A DNA stretch of 62,997 bases, filler included, from Squatina squatina (taxonomy: Eukaryota): the NCBI GenBank assembly GCA_031763465.1. It is 20 parts of one record of this genome, joined end to end, with 100 filler letters (N's around TTAATTAATTAA, not from the genome) between each part and the next. Parts side by side here need not be neighbours in the genome. Positions count along the whole stretch, not along the records: positions 1 to 6,245 come from JARFOE010000115.1; positions 6,346 to 11,901 come from JARFOE010000115.1; positions 12,002 to 17,501 come from JARFOE010000115.1; 17 more parts are not named here. One strand, 5' to 3'. The notes beneath the pieces are model-generated. The model was given only the letters and a program-made list of their open reading frames with translations. It had not been told where the DNA came from and ran no database searches. A program made the position numbers and the translations under genes. Within the stretch, counting starts at the first letter, position 1; every line of letters begins with the position of its first letter. Shown piece by piece: positions 1-12,799 of the stretch.

Positions 1-9
1 TACACTAAC

Positions 10-100
10 CTGCTGTGCTACTCAAGTCCCCATATGAATCTTTGTCTCGAGTCTGGAAAATATCGCTAAGATACGCATCACTTTTGCAGACAAAGTCCAT
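10..100 (-). CDS. Possible first coding exon of an MPP1-like MAGUK (MDFVCKSDAYLSDIFQTRDKDSYGDLSSTA)
   Basis: ATG at 100-98 and open frame to a G|GTTAGT donor at 9-8; candidate acceptors near 178 and 195. SDxYLxxxxQxR resembles the MPP1 N-terminus (ALSDLYLEHLLQKR). The match is short and the strand is opposite to the PDZ exon, which is on another contig. Confidence 0.3.
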
Positions 101-1759
101 TGCTGAGTGAAATACTGAATTCACAATCTTCTCACGTTTGTCCGGATCTGGCTATTTTGGGCAGCTGTACGTAGAGTCTGAAAGTTCAAATAAGCTAAAA
201 AAAAAATTAATCAAAAAATTGAACTCCACAGCTGTTAATCAAGAAATGCTGTCTCGTTTGTATTCAATTCTTAGTTTCTCATATTAGTTTGAGCCATTGA
301 ACTCATGGGAAATGAACGAATATCCCACTGTGCACACTGCAGCTCTGTCTCCATTGTGTTATTGCATTCTACTGATGGAGCCAGGGAAAAACAGCAATAT
401 TTAAAGAGAGGAAATCAAATGGTTATGCCATCACATTCCCGTGGATCCTAGCAACTAACATTTTTGGGGATGTGGAAACAAAGTTAAAGCAACATTATAT
501 GTTTTTTNNNNNNNNNNNNNNNNNNNNNNNNNNNNNNNNNNNNNNNNNNNNNNNNNNNNNNNNNNNNNNNNNNNNNNNNNNNNNNNNNNNNNNNNNNNNN
601 NNNNNNNGCGCCAGGCCTATATTTGGGTTACAGCCCCTGCAAAATATCGTGCTGCACTTGCCCTGTGGGATGCATAGTGCTGCTACGTAGACAGGGCCAT
701 CCCTTTCCTTAAAGGGGAGCGGGGTGCCGTAGCAACAGCCCGGCACACACGCGGAGTGCTGGGCTGCAAGATCGCGGCACAGACCCCGCAATCCAATATG
801 AAGAAGACCGCGACCGGTAAGTCGGCCATTTTGTTATTTTGAAATCATCACCTCCCCTTTAAATTTTGCTCCGTGAGCGGCCTACAATCCGTTACGCATC
901 CCCTGAAGCTGTGGCGCTAACGAATTTTCACTCTGGGGTGAAAATGGATCACTGCACACGGTGAGGACATCGTCTCTGGAGACATTTTAGGAATTCTTGT
1001 CCTAATTAATGAGAAGGTTATTAAAAACCCCTGGCACATTAATTTGGTTATCCCTACTAATTTCCCTCCCACAATTAGGGAGTCTGTGATACAACGTCAC
1101 TCATGTAAAAATCCCAATTTTATTTTTGATATCTTAGCATAATTTTTGTTTTAAAAGAACACAATGGATCTGGTTTCTGATCCCTAAAATTGTTTGTATA
1201 GCAATGTGATGTAATTAGACCGCTGCTCGATATATCCCAGAGCACATAACAGAGATACAGTTAGCAATTCACTAACTTGTAACTTAGTTACTGATTTGCA
1301 GCTAGATGTTGGCCAAACTGGACAGTCACTCTTGTTTGTTTCAGCAATGACCACTTGAAAAGTGAACTCAGGTTCATTTTGGGATGAATTTTGGCCATAT
1401 TTGAAGCAACCTCAATCCACAGTAAATCAGATATTTGACCTACGGTTGGAGCTACCATACTTTTACTTAATTTATGTAAAATGTTTTAGGATGCATGGAA
1501 GCCACTACTGAACCCATTTTGTCTTGAGAGACCAAGATGAACAGTGCTCCCAATGGCTCACACAGATAAATCATAAATGCACCACTTGGTGTAGTACTGA
1601 GCTATACAGACCAGGAGGATTCCAGTTTCAATCCCAGTAATCTCGGCATATCTGGGGAGTGGCCAAAGGACAGGAAGGATAAAGGAAAAAAACTGGAGGA
1701 AAAAAGTCTTAAGCTTTCATGGAGTTTTAATATGTAATCTATTCTGTTCTCACAGCCAA

Positions 1760-2800
1760 TAACTACTTTGCAAGGAAGTGAATTTTAAGCTCCCCACACC
1801 TGAATGACGATCAACTCAGATCAGAGTGCGTGCAGCACTGAAAATGCAGATCATTTGCATGAATACACGTTTACCTCAGAGCAATACTTCTACTGGGAGC
1901 AAAACAAACAGAATTGTGATAAAGCACAGATCTGCTGAATGCAAATGCTGCAGGCAGGGGTTGGGATGATAATGCATTTGCAAACAGCTGCAAATGATTC
2001 CAGTGGATACTGGTGGTTGGAATAATTATTGTAGAGGAACTGTGGAATAGTTGTACAAAATTCAAATTTTAAATGGATAACTTGGAAATTCTCTGAGCTC
2101 AGCCAATATTTCCAAAGAATTGTCCTGGATTACTAAATTCTGCGAGTTCATTAGAAACATTTCAGGACAAAATAAATCTTCTAAGCAATTAGAGTTTACA
2201 ACACTTCATTAAAATTTAAAATACATATCAATTACTCGTTTATGTGTCATTTTACAACCTCTGTACAACCCCTCCTATGGTGCTGGCTGGGAACTATTAT
2301 AGATAGAGCAGTTCATTTCTCTGTAGGTTACATTGTAATTTTGTCTGAGTTGATAAATAAACCCAGACATGTAAATGTCGTTTCTAAAAGCCAATATTGA
2401 CAGAAACCCCCTTGTCTATATCCTGTAACTTGGACCTGTCTGAGAAAAGAGAAGATATTATCTTTGAACTGCAGGAGCCAACTCAGGGGGAGAGGGAACA
2501 ATAGGAACTCGAGGTAGGTTATACTCCCACTGCTTACTGCAGACACAGCTCTCCCTTAATTCCCATCTCACAGAGTTAAACCAGCTTTGAAGTCATCAAG
2601 CTTTGGAATTTGACAACCAAATCACTTTAGCTCCACTAAATGATCACAACAGACTGCAGCCATCAGCACTTTGTTTGATGTTACGGTTTGTCCCAAATAT
2701 CCAACTGCTTTAGCCCCTATGGATTCAGAACCCTGAAGGTATGAAATTATTGAGAAAGGTACAATGAAACCAAAGGTCCTGCCTTTATCATTATGGCTTT
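1760..2800 (+). pseudogene. Decayed LRR gene relic (LRRNT-like start plus LRRs)
   Basis: Across frameshifts: ACSTE/QIICMNTRL (LRRNT-like), DDNAFANSCK, MDNLEIL...PGLLNSASSLETFQDKINLL, NLKYISI. Many stops. Confidence 0.4.
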
Positions 2801-4142
2801 TAAGATTCCCATCTTTTCCATATAAGTAGCCCAAGCTGTGTTAAATGTTAATGCGATTATGTTATAGTATAAAGGTTGCATGTTGAAAATGGATTGCACT
2901 TAATTGATATGCAATAAATTGCATTTAATGGATATTTAGGGTTGTTGCCATTTGTTGTTTGGCTAACTGCGGAACCATTCAAAATGATTGAATATTAACT
3001 AATAATAACCAAGTCAGTATCTAAATTGATTTGACTCATTGTAAAAAATGCATTACATTCATTATACTTCAAAAGTACTTTATTTGCTGTAAAGCACTTT
3101 GGGTCATCCTGAGGTTGTGAAAGCACTTTATAAATGCAAATTTTTCTTTTTCATTCTTTCAAGAAGTGAAACATTCAGTTTACAGACCTATTCCTACCTG
3201 AATCCGGTTGCTAATCAGACTGTAGGTGGAACACCCTGTTCTCAAAGAGTTTCTGGCCACAGTACTGAGAGATGCAATTCCTCTGACTGGGGAGAGATCT
3301 GGTGCAAAAGCAGTCAGATGGGTAGGAGTGGCGTTAAAGGGAGAGGGGCCCAATCTGCACTGAATTTTGTCAGCAAATATTGCCATGTTGGCCAGGCACC
3401 AAAACACTGTCAATCTGAAACACTGCTGCCTCGCTCTAGCAAGATTTGGGCCCTTATCTTCATACTTTCAAAAGCTTCACCAAAAGCTATCTTTTGAACC
3501 ATGACTTTCTTTCCAAACTTTTCTACTCCTACTCATTGTCACAACCTTTTTTATGAAATGCCTTAGGATTTTATATTACATTAAAGTTAGCTTATAAGTT
3601 GGAGTTGCGGATGGATTCACTCTGGAGCATCCGCGATGCTGAGGACATCGTGGANNNNNNNNNNNNNNNNNNNNNNNNNNNNNNNNNNNNNNNNNNNNNN
3701 NNNNNNNNNNNNNNNNNNNNNNNNNNNNNNNNNNNNNNNNNNNNNNNNNNNNNNGAATGGCCTCCTTCTTTGCTGTGTCATTCTATGATTTGGATTCTCA
3801 TTGTTGGCAGAGAGGTAATTAGGGAAAGGGCATGCTCTCAAAAGTTGGAGAAAATTGATGCCATGATGTGCAGTACTGTGATTGCTATACTGTTGTGAGG
3901 GAGGAGAATTGAATGTTACAGGATGCAAACTTACAGTCCCAGATTAGAGCAGCCACTTAATGAACCTGTGCATTTTCCAAAGTTTTTATATATTGAATAA
4001 ATCAATAAATGCTGCAATAGGATTTTGGGGGCAAAGTGGGCTAGCATACTCTTTATTAACTTGAGATCTGTTTTAAATCCAGCCCAGAAAAATGGGGTGG
4101 ATGTCTGCTCTCTCAGCCCGTTGCTTTATAGGTTATAAGCCA

Positions 4143-4430
4143 ATGACAGGCAAGTGCAGACCCTCTGCCTCACGCCTATTGCTAGGTGTAGCCTACCTCT
4201 TTTGAAGTGACAGGAAAGTGTAGACCTCCTGCCTCACTGAAGCCTGGATTCAGCACTGCCTCTATCAAAGTGACAGGAAGATGCAGACCACCTTGTCTTA
4301 TTAAAGGCTGTATTCAGACCTGCATCATTTGAAGTGACATGGAGGGTGGTCCTCCTGCCTCACTGAAAACTGCAATCAATCTTGTGTCTTCTGCAGTGAC
4401 AGGAGAGTGCAGGCCCCTGCTTCACTGGGT
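4143..4430 (+). repeat. Degenerate minisatellite, about 63 bp x 5
   Basis: TGACAGG...CAGACC...TGCCTCAC unit recurs near 4144, 4208, 4271, 4336 and 4397. Confidence 0.8.
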
Positions 4431-4499
4431 CACTTAGCCCTCAAGTGTGTTTGCATTGCCCAGTGATGTTGAAAACACGTTGTTTTCTTGAATCAACAG

Positions 4500-4585
4500 G
4501 CACACTCCATGTTGGTGATGAAATTCTGGAAATAAATGGTAAGAGTGCAGCAAATCAAACAGTGGAGCAGCTGCAGTTAGTGCTG
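4500..4585 (+). CDS. PDZ-domain exon of a CASK/MPP1-like MAGUK
   Basis: AACAG|GC...CTG|GTAAGT, 86 nt, encoding (G)[28 protein letters not shown]. Compare [33 protein letters not shown] and MPP1 [14 protein letters not shown]. Confidence 0.9.
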
Positions 4586-5049
4586 GTAAGTACTGAGCTC
4601 TATAGAGTCCAGTCCAATTCGAAACAAACCCTCAAACATCAGCAACACTTTTACACAACATTAAAGTAATGTAGCATTCAGACTGATGGGGTGAAAGTGT
4701 CTTGTCTCAACCAACATCCTGGTGGGTGTGGATCCAAATTATATATCCCCACATTCATTTTCTAGCTGGTGTCATTAGATAGTGAAAAGGGGCCCAAGCT
4801 TTAGTGACTATTCTTCTCCCTCACCCTGCACTAACTCAGTAGTCTTCCACAGAGACCATCCCATCAGGATGCCTAGTTTGTCAATGGAAGTGTGACACCC
4901 CTATAAGAGGGGAGGCTGCTCTGAGGCTGAAGATTAAGGCACATTATTGGAGCAGAACAAAGAGATCGATATATACCTGCTGATATCAAATGGGACACTG
5001 CCTTGTATCTTGCTTTGGATTGGCTATGACCTGTTACGCTAATAAAAGA

Positions 5050-6050
5050 AATAAAATGGATCTTGATAAGCCAAAGTTAACTTTTACTATTGCATTTAGT
5101 ATATTACATAATTGTATAAGAAAGGGAAGGCAATCCTGTGAAAAAATAAGCAAAAGTCATAAGATGTTAATTGAAGGACTTCACCCTGAGACAAATCCAA
5201 TTTGAATGCTTCAAACACATCTGTAACACTGCACCAGCATCTGACTGTTGTGTAAGACAAAGTCTACGCTGTTTATTGAAGCAGCAGGATTCTTCTCCAA
5301 TCATTCTCTAACTCACCAGTTTCAAGTCAATTTCCTAACTTGAAAAATCAACCAAAGAAAATGAAAAACTTCAAAGACCACTTGTTGCTCAGCAATGGTC
5401 TAATTTACATTTAAAACAACAAAAGAAAGCTTATTACAACATCGAAATAACTTTCAAAGAAACATGACTGGAATAAAATATTTACATAAATTCAAATAGG
5501 GCACTGCGTACTACTGCATACTCAACATTTACATAAGCCTTTAAAAGACAACATTGACAATGTTCTGATGGGCGCTGTTCCATTCTCATCACCCCTTGAT
5601 TTATTGTACAAATTGTGTTATTGGAAATGTTTGCACTGTAGAAAATACGCCCAATTTGTGAATTTTACAGGGGGGAAAAGATCCTCAGATGTTCCCGGGG
5701 CAAATGATTTTCCATTTAATCTTATTGTCTTGGAGATAAATTAATTCATGCTTCAAAAAAATTATTTGCTGTAATGTCACTGGGAAACAGTAACCATTAT
5801 ATTTTGTGCACCTACATTTTGGGAAAATAGACCAATTAGGAGAACTTTTTTTTTCACTAGGGAAAGTGATATTTTTGTCCAATGATACTCTTCGGGAGGG
5901 GGGAGTCTGTGATTTACTATTATCAGATTTGCTTTCCTGTGATATTTCCTCATTGGTTAAAATGTAGCATTCCCTCCTTAAAACCACTGCTTCAACACAA
6001 CAAGAACACATTGCAGGAAATACATTATTACAATGCCATTCATATAACAC
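5050..6050 (-). pseudogene. Decayed LRR gene relic
   Basis: FPAMCSC (LRRNT-like), LIYLQDNKIK..ICPG, PIRTLSMLSFKGL and FFTGLPSL occur in order on the minus strand, interrupted by stops and frameshifts. Confidence 0.5.
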
Positions 6051-6289
6051 TCAAAATTAGTTTGCGACACCTTTTTTGAAATATTTTAAAACAACTTTGC
6101 AAAAAAACTCCATTTACAAAAAAATAAAGTGGCAGAATTCCACTTGTGGTGTAACACTGAAAAAATAAATCTTGGAAAATAGGATTCATAGCTTATAAAA
6201 CACAAGGGAAAATAAAGAGACACGCTGAAGATTTTCTCTGCGTACNNNNNNNNNNNNNNNNNNNNNNNNNNNNNNNNNNNNNNNNNNNN

Positions 6290-6301
6290 TTAATTAATTA
6301 A
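6290..6301. other. Artificial scaffold linker TTAATTAATTAA inside an N gap (one of about 20)
   Basis: The identical 12-mer sits at the centre of 100-nt gaps throughout the window and has stops in all six frames. Confidence 0.97.
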
Positions 6302-6499
6302 NNNNNNNNNNNNNNNNNNNNNNNNNNNNNNNNNNNNNNNNNNNNCAGCGATGCCCACATTCCATGAATGAATTGAAAAAATGTGGCTCGGTGTTAAATT
6401 TTGTTTGATAAAGCTCCTGTGAAGCGTCTTGTGACATTTTACTATGTTAAAGGCGCTATATAAATGCAAGTTTTTGTTGTTTGATTTAGGTGTTGCATT

Positions 6500-7350
6500 C
6501 TTACCAATATCGTGGGGGTTTTGACGCACAGAGAACAGAGGAGAGAACAAAATACCCACAATGTTTTCATAATAGTTCACTGTCATCTTTAGCAGCATGA
6601 TATGACATTCATACCTCAATCTTGTAAAACTGTATCCACTATATTGAGTTGTCCTCATTTCATTACCATAGATTAGTCGCTTTCAAAAGGTTCTGTGCTA
6701 CAATGGCCTTTTATGCTGGCTCTTAAGAATGATTGCTGCAGTTTAAAATTAACCTGCCTTACTGTCCATCAGCATTATTACTCGGAGACTCAATCTTTTT
6801 TCAAATTATTTGAACTGACAAACCAAGCAGCAAAGTGTGAAGTAGTCAAAGTAGTTCTGGAGCTCTGTGGGTCACCCCTGCTGCATGAAAGATTGCCGCA
6901 CTTCCCCTGAAGGCAATCAGTAAACACACCATTCCTGCGGCAGGCAGCAGCTGTTAACAGTTCACACTGAGATCCATCAGTGACACAGCTGGGCCGGAGG
7001 GAGCTGGCTCCATGCCTGAGGGGGCTCAATTGGACCCCTGTCTACTTCAATCCTTTCCTGTAGGAATTGCAGCTTTACAGACTTCTGTCAGACATCCAGC
7101 GATGTCTCATTCACAGATACAGACCACTGCAAACACGGGTTACTTGGTGACTCAGACAATTCCAGCACCATGTCTGCAGCTTTTAAGGTCAGCGCTGGCC
7201 TTCTTAATTTGCCATCACTCATGTGATACAGGCCACAAGCTTTTAAGGAATTTATACAACTACGATGGAATGTTTAGTGCAAGGTTTATAATAAACATCC
7301 CTCAAACAGTTGGAATTATTTAAAGCTAACCATTACCTGGAAAATCGATA
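6500..7350 (-). pseudogene. Decayed LRR gene relic (C-terminal LRRs plus LRRCT-like cap)
   Basis: NGVFTDCLQGKCGNLS, FVSSNNLKK, and RYECHIMLLK (WxCxCxIxxL-like). Confidence 0.35.
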
Positions 7351-7789
7351 TCTTTTCTGTGATGTGTTATTTTAATAGATTAATTTTTTTTTAAAAACAT
7401 CTGCTGTTATCTTTATATTTTACGAATACTTGCGAATGCATCTCATACATTTTTTATGTAAAATTCTCAGTGCTATGCATGATGGTAAATAATGTACAGA
7501 TGCATGTTAGGTACCGACAGATCCTTGATTGAGTGGGCCGTGCGGTGTTTCCGTAACAATTAACATACTGTAAAACTGACAGGAATCTGACTGGAAAATT
7601 GTTTAATAATTGGCTGGGTGCAGATCATTTCTGCTTTTCTGCAATTATCGTCTTGTTTGCTTTGATTATTTCTCCTTAATCAGGNNNNNNNNNNNNNNNN
7701 NNNNNNNNNNNNNNNNNNNNNNNNNNNNNNNNNNNNNNNNNNNNNNNNNNNNNNNNNNNNNNNNNNNNNNNNNNNNNNNNNNNNCTGAG

Positions 7790-7990
7790 GTCAGGAGGCC
7801 AAAACTGTACACTCCAGGTGTGGTCTCACCAAGGCCCTATAAAATTGCAGTAGAACCTCTTTACTCTTATACTTAAATCCTCTTGTAATAAAGGGCAACA
7901 TACCACCCACAAGTACAAGGATACCCAGGTCCCTTTGTACATCAACATTTCCCAATCTATCACCATTTAAAAAATACTCCTGCCTTTCTG
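7790..7990 (-). mobile_element. CR1-type LINE ORF2 C-terminal fragment
   Basis: YFLNGDRLGNVDVQRDLGILV...FITRGFKYKSKEVLLQFYRALVRPHLEC is typical of CR1 ORF2. Confidence 0.9.
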
Positions 7991-8259
7991 TTTTTCCTGC
8001 TGGGGCGGTAATGGCCTCAAAATGGGGTGGGCAGCCTGACCGCCCCATTAATACCAGCGATGTGGCTGACTCCATTTTAAAAGGCAGGTGTCCAAAGCTC
8101 CCTCCTGATTCAGGCAACAGTCCCATATTAGGACCACAACTGCCATTTTAGGTTGGAACTGATCAGAGCCTGCGAGGTGCACACTGCAGTATATGTTTTT
8201 TATTTATAATAAAGTGGTTTTCCAGCAGTCTGCCTCCTTTTGGCTTGACCTACGTAAAA

Positions 8260-9030
8260 AGTATGGTGCAAATTTGCTTTTACATTGCTCATTGTGCTGA
8301 CTGCCAATATGCAGGAGTCGAGCAGTCAGCTGTAACCCAAATGCAAATTTGCTGGGATTCGCAAAGACTTTTCAATGGGAAGACCATCATGTTGCAGCTG
8401 ATTACATGAGAGTTGTGTGGAGCCAGTGTCACTCGCATTGGTCGTAGCATCGTTTAAAAGAATCTTAATTTTGCCTGTATTAGATCATAAACTGAATTCT
8501 TCAAAAGAAAAGAACAAGAGAAAAAAACACAAAAATCCAGTAGGTTGACCTATAGTAATTGTTTAGGTCATGCAATTGAAAATAAATGGCCTTATACCTG
8601 CCTCCTACCCACATAACTGTCAAAGTGTTGTTGATGATGAGGCATGTTAGACACATGTTTCTTTCCCTCTGATGAATATTCTTGAAGGGTTAATCTAATT
8701 AGCTCCTGTGACAGAAGCTGGCTGTGTGTCAGATCAGGGTGATAGTCAGAGCTCATCTGTCACACTGGAATGATAGACAGCAGAAATTGTTGAGGACAGT
8801 CATAGCAGAGTGAGTGGGCAGGGAGGAAAGCTCCACAGATGGGCACCCTTGCTGAGGTGAGGGGGCAGAAAGCAGGTAGCCGTCAAAGAAATGTGAATGT
8901 ATGGCAGTTTGATGGACGCTGCTGGGGAGGTGAGTGACAGCATCAATGACCGCCTGGAGAGAGAGAAGAAAATAGTTAATTTAGTTAGAACAGTCACTGT
9001 AGTTTTCATGTTAATTGTTATTTTTACTGT
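8260..9030 (-). pseudogene. Decayed LRR gene relic with LRRCT
   Basis: LTKLTIFFSLS, LIINNTLTV, then VTLAPHNSHVISC...DCSTPAY...KQICT (compare CPN2 YCAGPAYLKG...KQLVCP). Confidence 0.5.
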
Positions 9031-9449
9031 AATATNNNNNNNNNNNNNNNNNNNNNNNNNNNNNNNNNNNNNNNNNNNNNNNNNNNNNNNNNNNNNNNNN
9101 NNNNNNNNNNNNNNNNNNNNNNNNNNNNNNNNNNNCCTGTTCAGTTGCACATAAAAGATCCTTGCCACTATGTCCTGGCCAGCATTTATCCCTCAACCAA
9201 CATCACCAAAACAGATTGGCGAGTCATTGGCTACCATGTTTGCTGATACAACAACAATGTCTCCACTTCAACAATATAATTTATTGGCTACGAAGTACTT
9301 CGGGATGTCCTGAAAACACGAAAAAAGCTACATAAATACAAATTCTCTAAAAATAGCATAGACAGGAATTTATTGCAAACCTGTTAGCCAGTGCAGTAAT
9401 AATAAGGCAAAGTAAATTAAGTCCTGAGTCGTGCTCTCGAGTCCTTTCT

Positions 9450-11400
9450 GCATCTGATAATCTATTTCCTGAAGTTTATTCAAGCCTGAATAACTTATCC
9501 CCATAGTTTTGGAATTTTAAACACCCACTGTATTGTACACGAATCGGTAATCTGCTCGTGTTGGAATGTGTTGTTAACATTATTCACTGGTGCATTAAAA
9601 ATAAGCAGCTCTGATCCTAATGGATGTTATCAGTACAATATTAGTTCTTGTATGAAAATGACCTTTATGTTGCTGCTTGTCCCTCCTGAAGGAATGGCTG
9701 AACGTTGGCTCCTACCCAGTTCTGGTGCTGATACTGCAGCTTCTGTCCAGAAATTTATAAAATGAAAAGAAAGTACCCTGTCTTGTTTTCAAAATAAAGT
9801 TCCACTTTCCCCACTCAATTCTGTATCTTCTGATATCCATTATCTATTGAGGTTATTTACACAAAGCAGACCTTAAGCCATAACCCCACCTCCTGACTTG
9901 CTCCCATATTGTCCTCTGTCCAGTTTTGGACTGGGCAAAATGAGAGAGATTGTCCAGCCCATAAAACAATGTAGAAAGAGACCTCCAACCCCCTTCTTCT
10001 GTGTTTGAGTAAACAGTATTGGATGCCTGCCTCATGTAACCACATTGCAATTCTGCCTCTTAACAAACTCCCATATGCAGGAGTCTTGGCCTATATTTTA
10101 CTCATTCCAAACAGACACAGTTAAAGTAACAATAAGGTGGTCAGTACAACACACAGGCACCTTTCAAAAGATGTAGTGGTATATTTCAAGTTTGATTCTG
10201 ACCACAGGGTATACTGTAAGAAAACAGAGTTTTTAATCTGTGTGACATGGGTAAAATTGAATTGTGCAAGGTTATAATTAAAAGAAAGATTTATAGTCAA
10301 GGTCAAGTCACATGTATTGGGCTGCAAGTAGTTTCACAAACCCATGTACTAGACAATAATGTGATTGTAACACACCCTGTAAAATATTTTATATTTTGTC
10401 CATATTATTGACCAGCTTCCTGCTGAAGATCGCTTTAACATGGCCACTTGAGAATTTGATCGCACACAAATTAGGGGGAAAAAATATACTGGAAATCACT
10501 GTTTCCTTCTGCACCAGGGCAGTCTGATTTCACAAATCGGCCATATGTAAAAAAATTGCCTTAGTGTTCTTAGCAATGACGTTATGCCCACACAGATCAT
10601 AAATCCAGATAAAGGTGTTATTGTCTTTTCATGTAGCAATAATTCAACTGGTTGAAATAGATTCTCTATAAGTGTGTGAGTCAGTTCAAAACCTGGTGCA
10701 CTATTAAGAATTAAAACAGTTACCATGAGCCTTCTTTACTCTGCTAAAAGCAGGCAATGAGCTTATATGTCTTTTTGGTATATGAAGATTAACAGTCCTG
10801 TACTTTCAACACCCTAGTAATTCTACTGGTTGAGTGTTGGACCTGCTTCTGTTTGCCCTCATTCAATAACTTTTTCTATTTATTAGTTGGACAACTAGCT
10901 TCATAGAACCAAAGAATAATACAGCACGAAAGGAGGCCATTCGGCCCATCGTGCCTGTGCCTGCTCTTTGAAAGAGCGATCCAATTAGTCCAACTCACCG
11001 GCTCTGTCCCTATAGCCCTGCAATCTTCAATTTTAATGGAAAAGTTAGTGGGTGAAGGGGCAGGAATAAACACGTGCATTCAAGTATAATCATTCAAGGC
11101 ACTCTTTCATTACTAGAACACCATTTATGTGGTAGAACAGGGTACCACTACAATCTATACAAGAACTTTAATTCAAGCCCTATATATTTCACTGCTCTGA
11201 CTGCAGGCTTTTGTAGTTATAAATGACAGCACTAGATTCAGGTTTGTGCCCGATGCTAAGCACACTGTCACAAATTATATCAATAATGTCAGACACACAG
11301 CCAGATTCCTCCAGAGCATTTTGCTTAAATGGGGCATATCTTAACAGTCAGAGTAGCAGTACAACGCAATGCAACGAATAACCAAGGGCACTTTGCGGTA
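9450..11400 (-). pseudogene. Near full-length decayed LRR gene relic (signal peptide, LRRNT, LRRs, LRRCT), interrupted by a retroelement tail near 10900-11030
   Basis: Hydrophobic leader, KC..ESGCVSDIIDIICDSVLSI, VNLHIPKRHISSLPAFS, LIENLFQPV, QPNTCDLTLTINLSFNYN, RSLSTLFYGLDNLSHF, ELILY..HP, GCFKIPKLWG. All are colinear on one contig. Confidence 0.65.
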
Positions 11401-12799
11401 AGGTGTGGAATCTTTAAACTATATAACCTTAAATTGCACTCAGTCCAATCCAGACATCAGGAAGCTAATATTCTCATTAATGGTCAATTTCTATGTCAAT
11501 TTGTCATCAAGCAGAAAATGGAAGGCCTATTTTCAGTGGTATTAATGTTAGTTTGCAAGTTTACCAGATAGCTTAACACAATAGCAAATCTCTTACTTCA
11601 GTAATTGACTTTAGTAACTTCAAATCTTAGCCATATCCTCCATTTTCTTTACAGTGGGTGACACTGAGGATGTGGAATGGGTCTGTTGGCGTTTGGAGGG
11701 AGAAAAAAACGATTTGGTATTTCAAGTGCTTATCTTTCACCAGAACACCACTCTGGTGGTGGTGGGGGTTCTGTCCTTGGGGATGTAATCCGATGCCCGC
11801 AAAAATTCATCACCATCCTCCACCTGCTCCACAATGACATGCGAGCCGTGATCCTCACCAACGGTTCATGCACAGACCCAATACAAGTGCAAACTGGGGT
11901 CNNNNNNNNNNNNNNNNNNNNNNNNNNNNNNNNNNNNNNNNNNNNTTAATTAATTAANNNNNNNNNNNNNNNNNNNNNNNNNNNNNNNNNNNNNNNNNNN
12001 NTGGACAGTACAGCACACTAAGTGTAAGATGCTCAGACTGCTATGGGAAAGACCAGCACCACTGTACCCGAGAGAATACCTAAGTCAGCCTGCCAAACTG
12101 GTAATGTTGGTATTAAACACAGACACATCAGACGGGAGAGGAATAAAGAAGGATTGAGAGAAGTCAAGCACATCAGAAAGGAAGCTGGAGTTCAGGAGGC
12201 CAGCAAGTGCCAAGCCTGCTCTTGAACCAAATAATAGGAAGCACGTGACAGCAGCCCAAGGTTTCACTTTCCCTTCTCTCCTGTGAAGAGGTAGTCGGCC
12301 TCTATGGTGCACCCTGTGCTTTAGTGCATTATGCTGTGGCCAAGCAATACATAATGTAGTTTTGCTCACAGTCGTAATATAACAATGAACACTGTAAATC
12401 TGAAATACGCAACAGGTCCTTTAACTCCTAAAAAGTGATGATACCTTTGTTTACCATTGCCAAATAGGCAATACCAAACTCTAGCCTGTGGGCAAATGGC
12501 GATTCCTGGGTTGGGCTACTTTATAAATTACCTAGAGATATATAAACACCCCAAAAGATTACTTTAGGGAGGGTAAACAACCATGAAACTGATTACATAA
12601 TACACATTACATAATTGTGTCAAAGGCATTGCCAAACCATGCCCTCGAAACTCTAATCTTCTGTGTTCACTTATGTACTACAAGCATACATAGGCATCAC
12701 AAAATGAGAATTATTCCCTTGACAAATGGACCTTTGGTACTAAAGCTAAAAGCTTGCAGGCAGTAAAAGGCAAACCGGTGCACTAGTTTTCCCAGCTCA

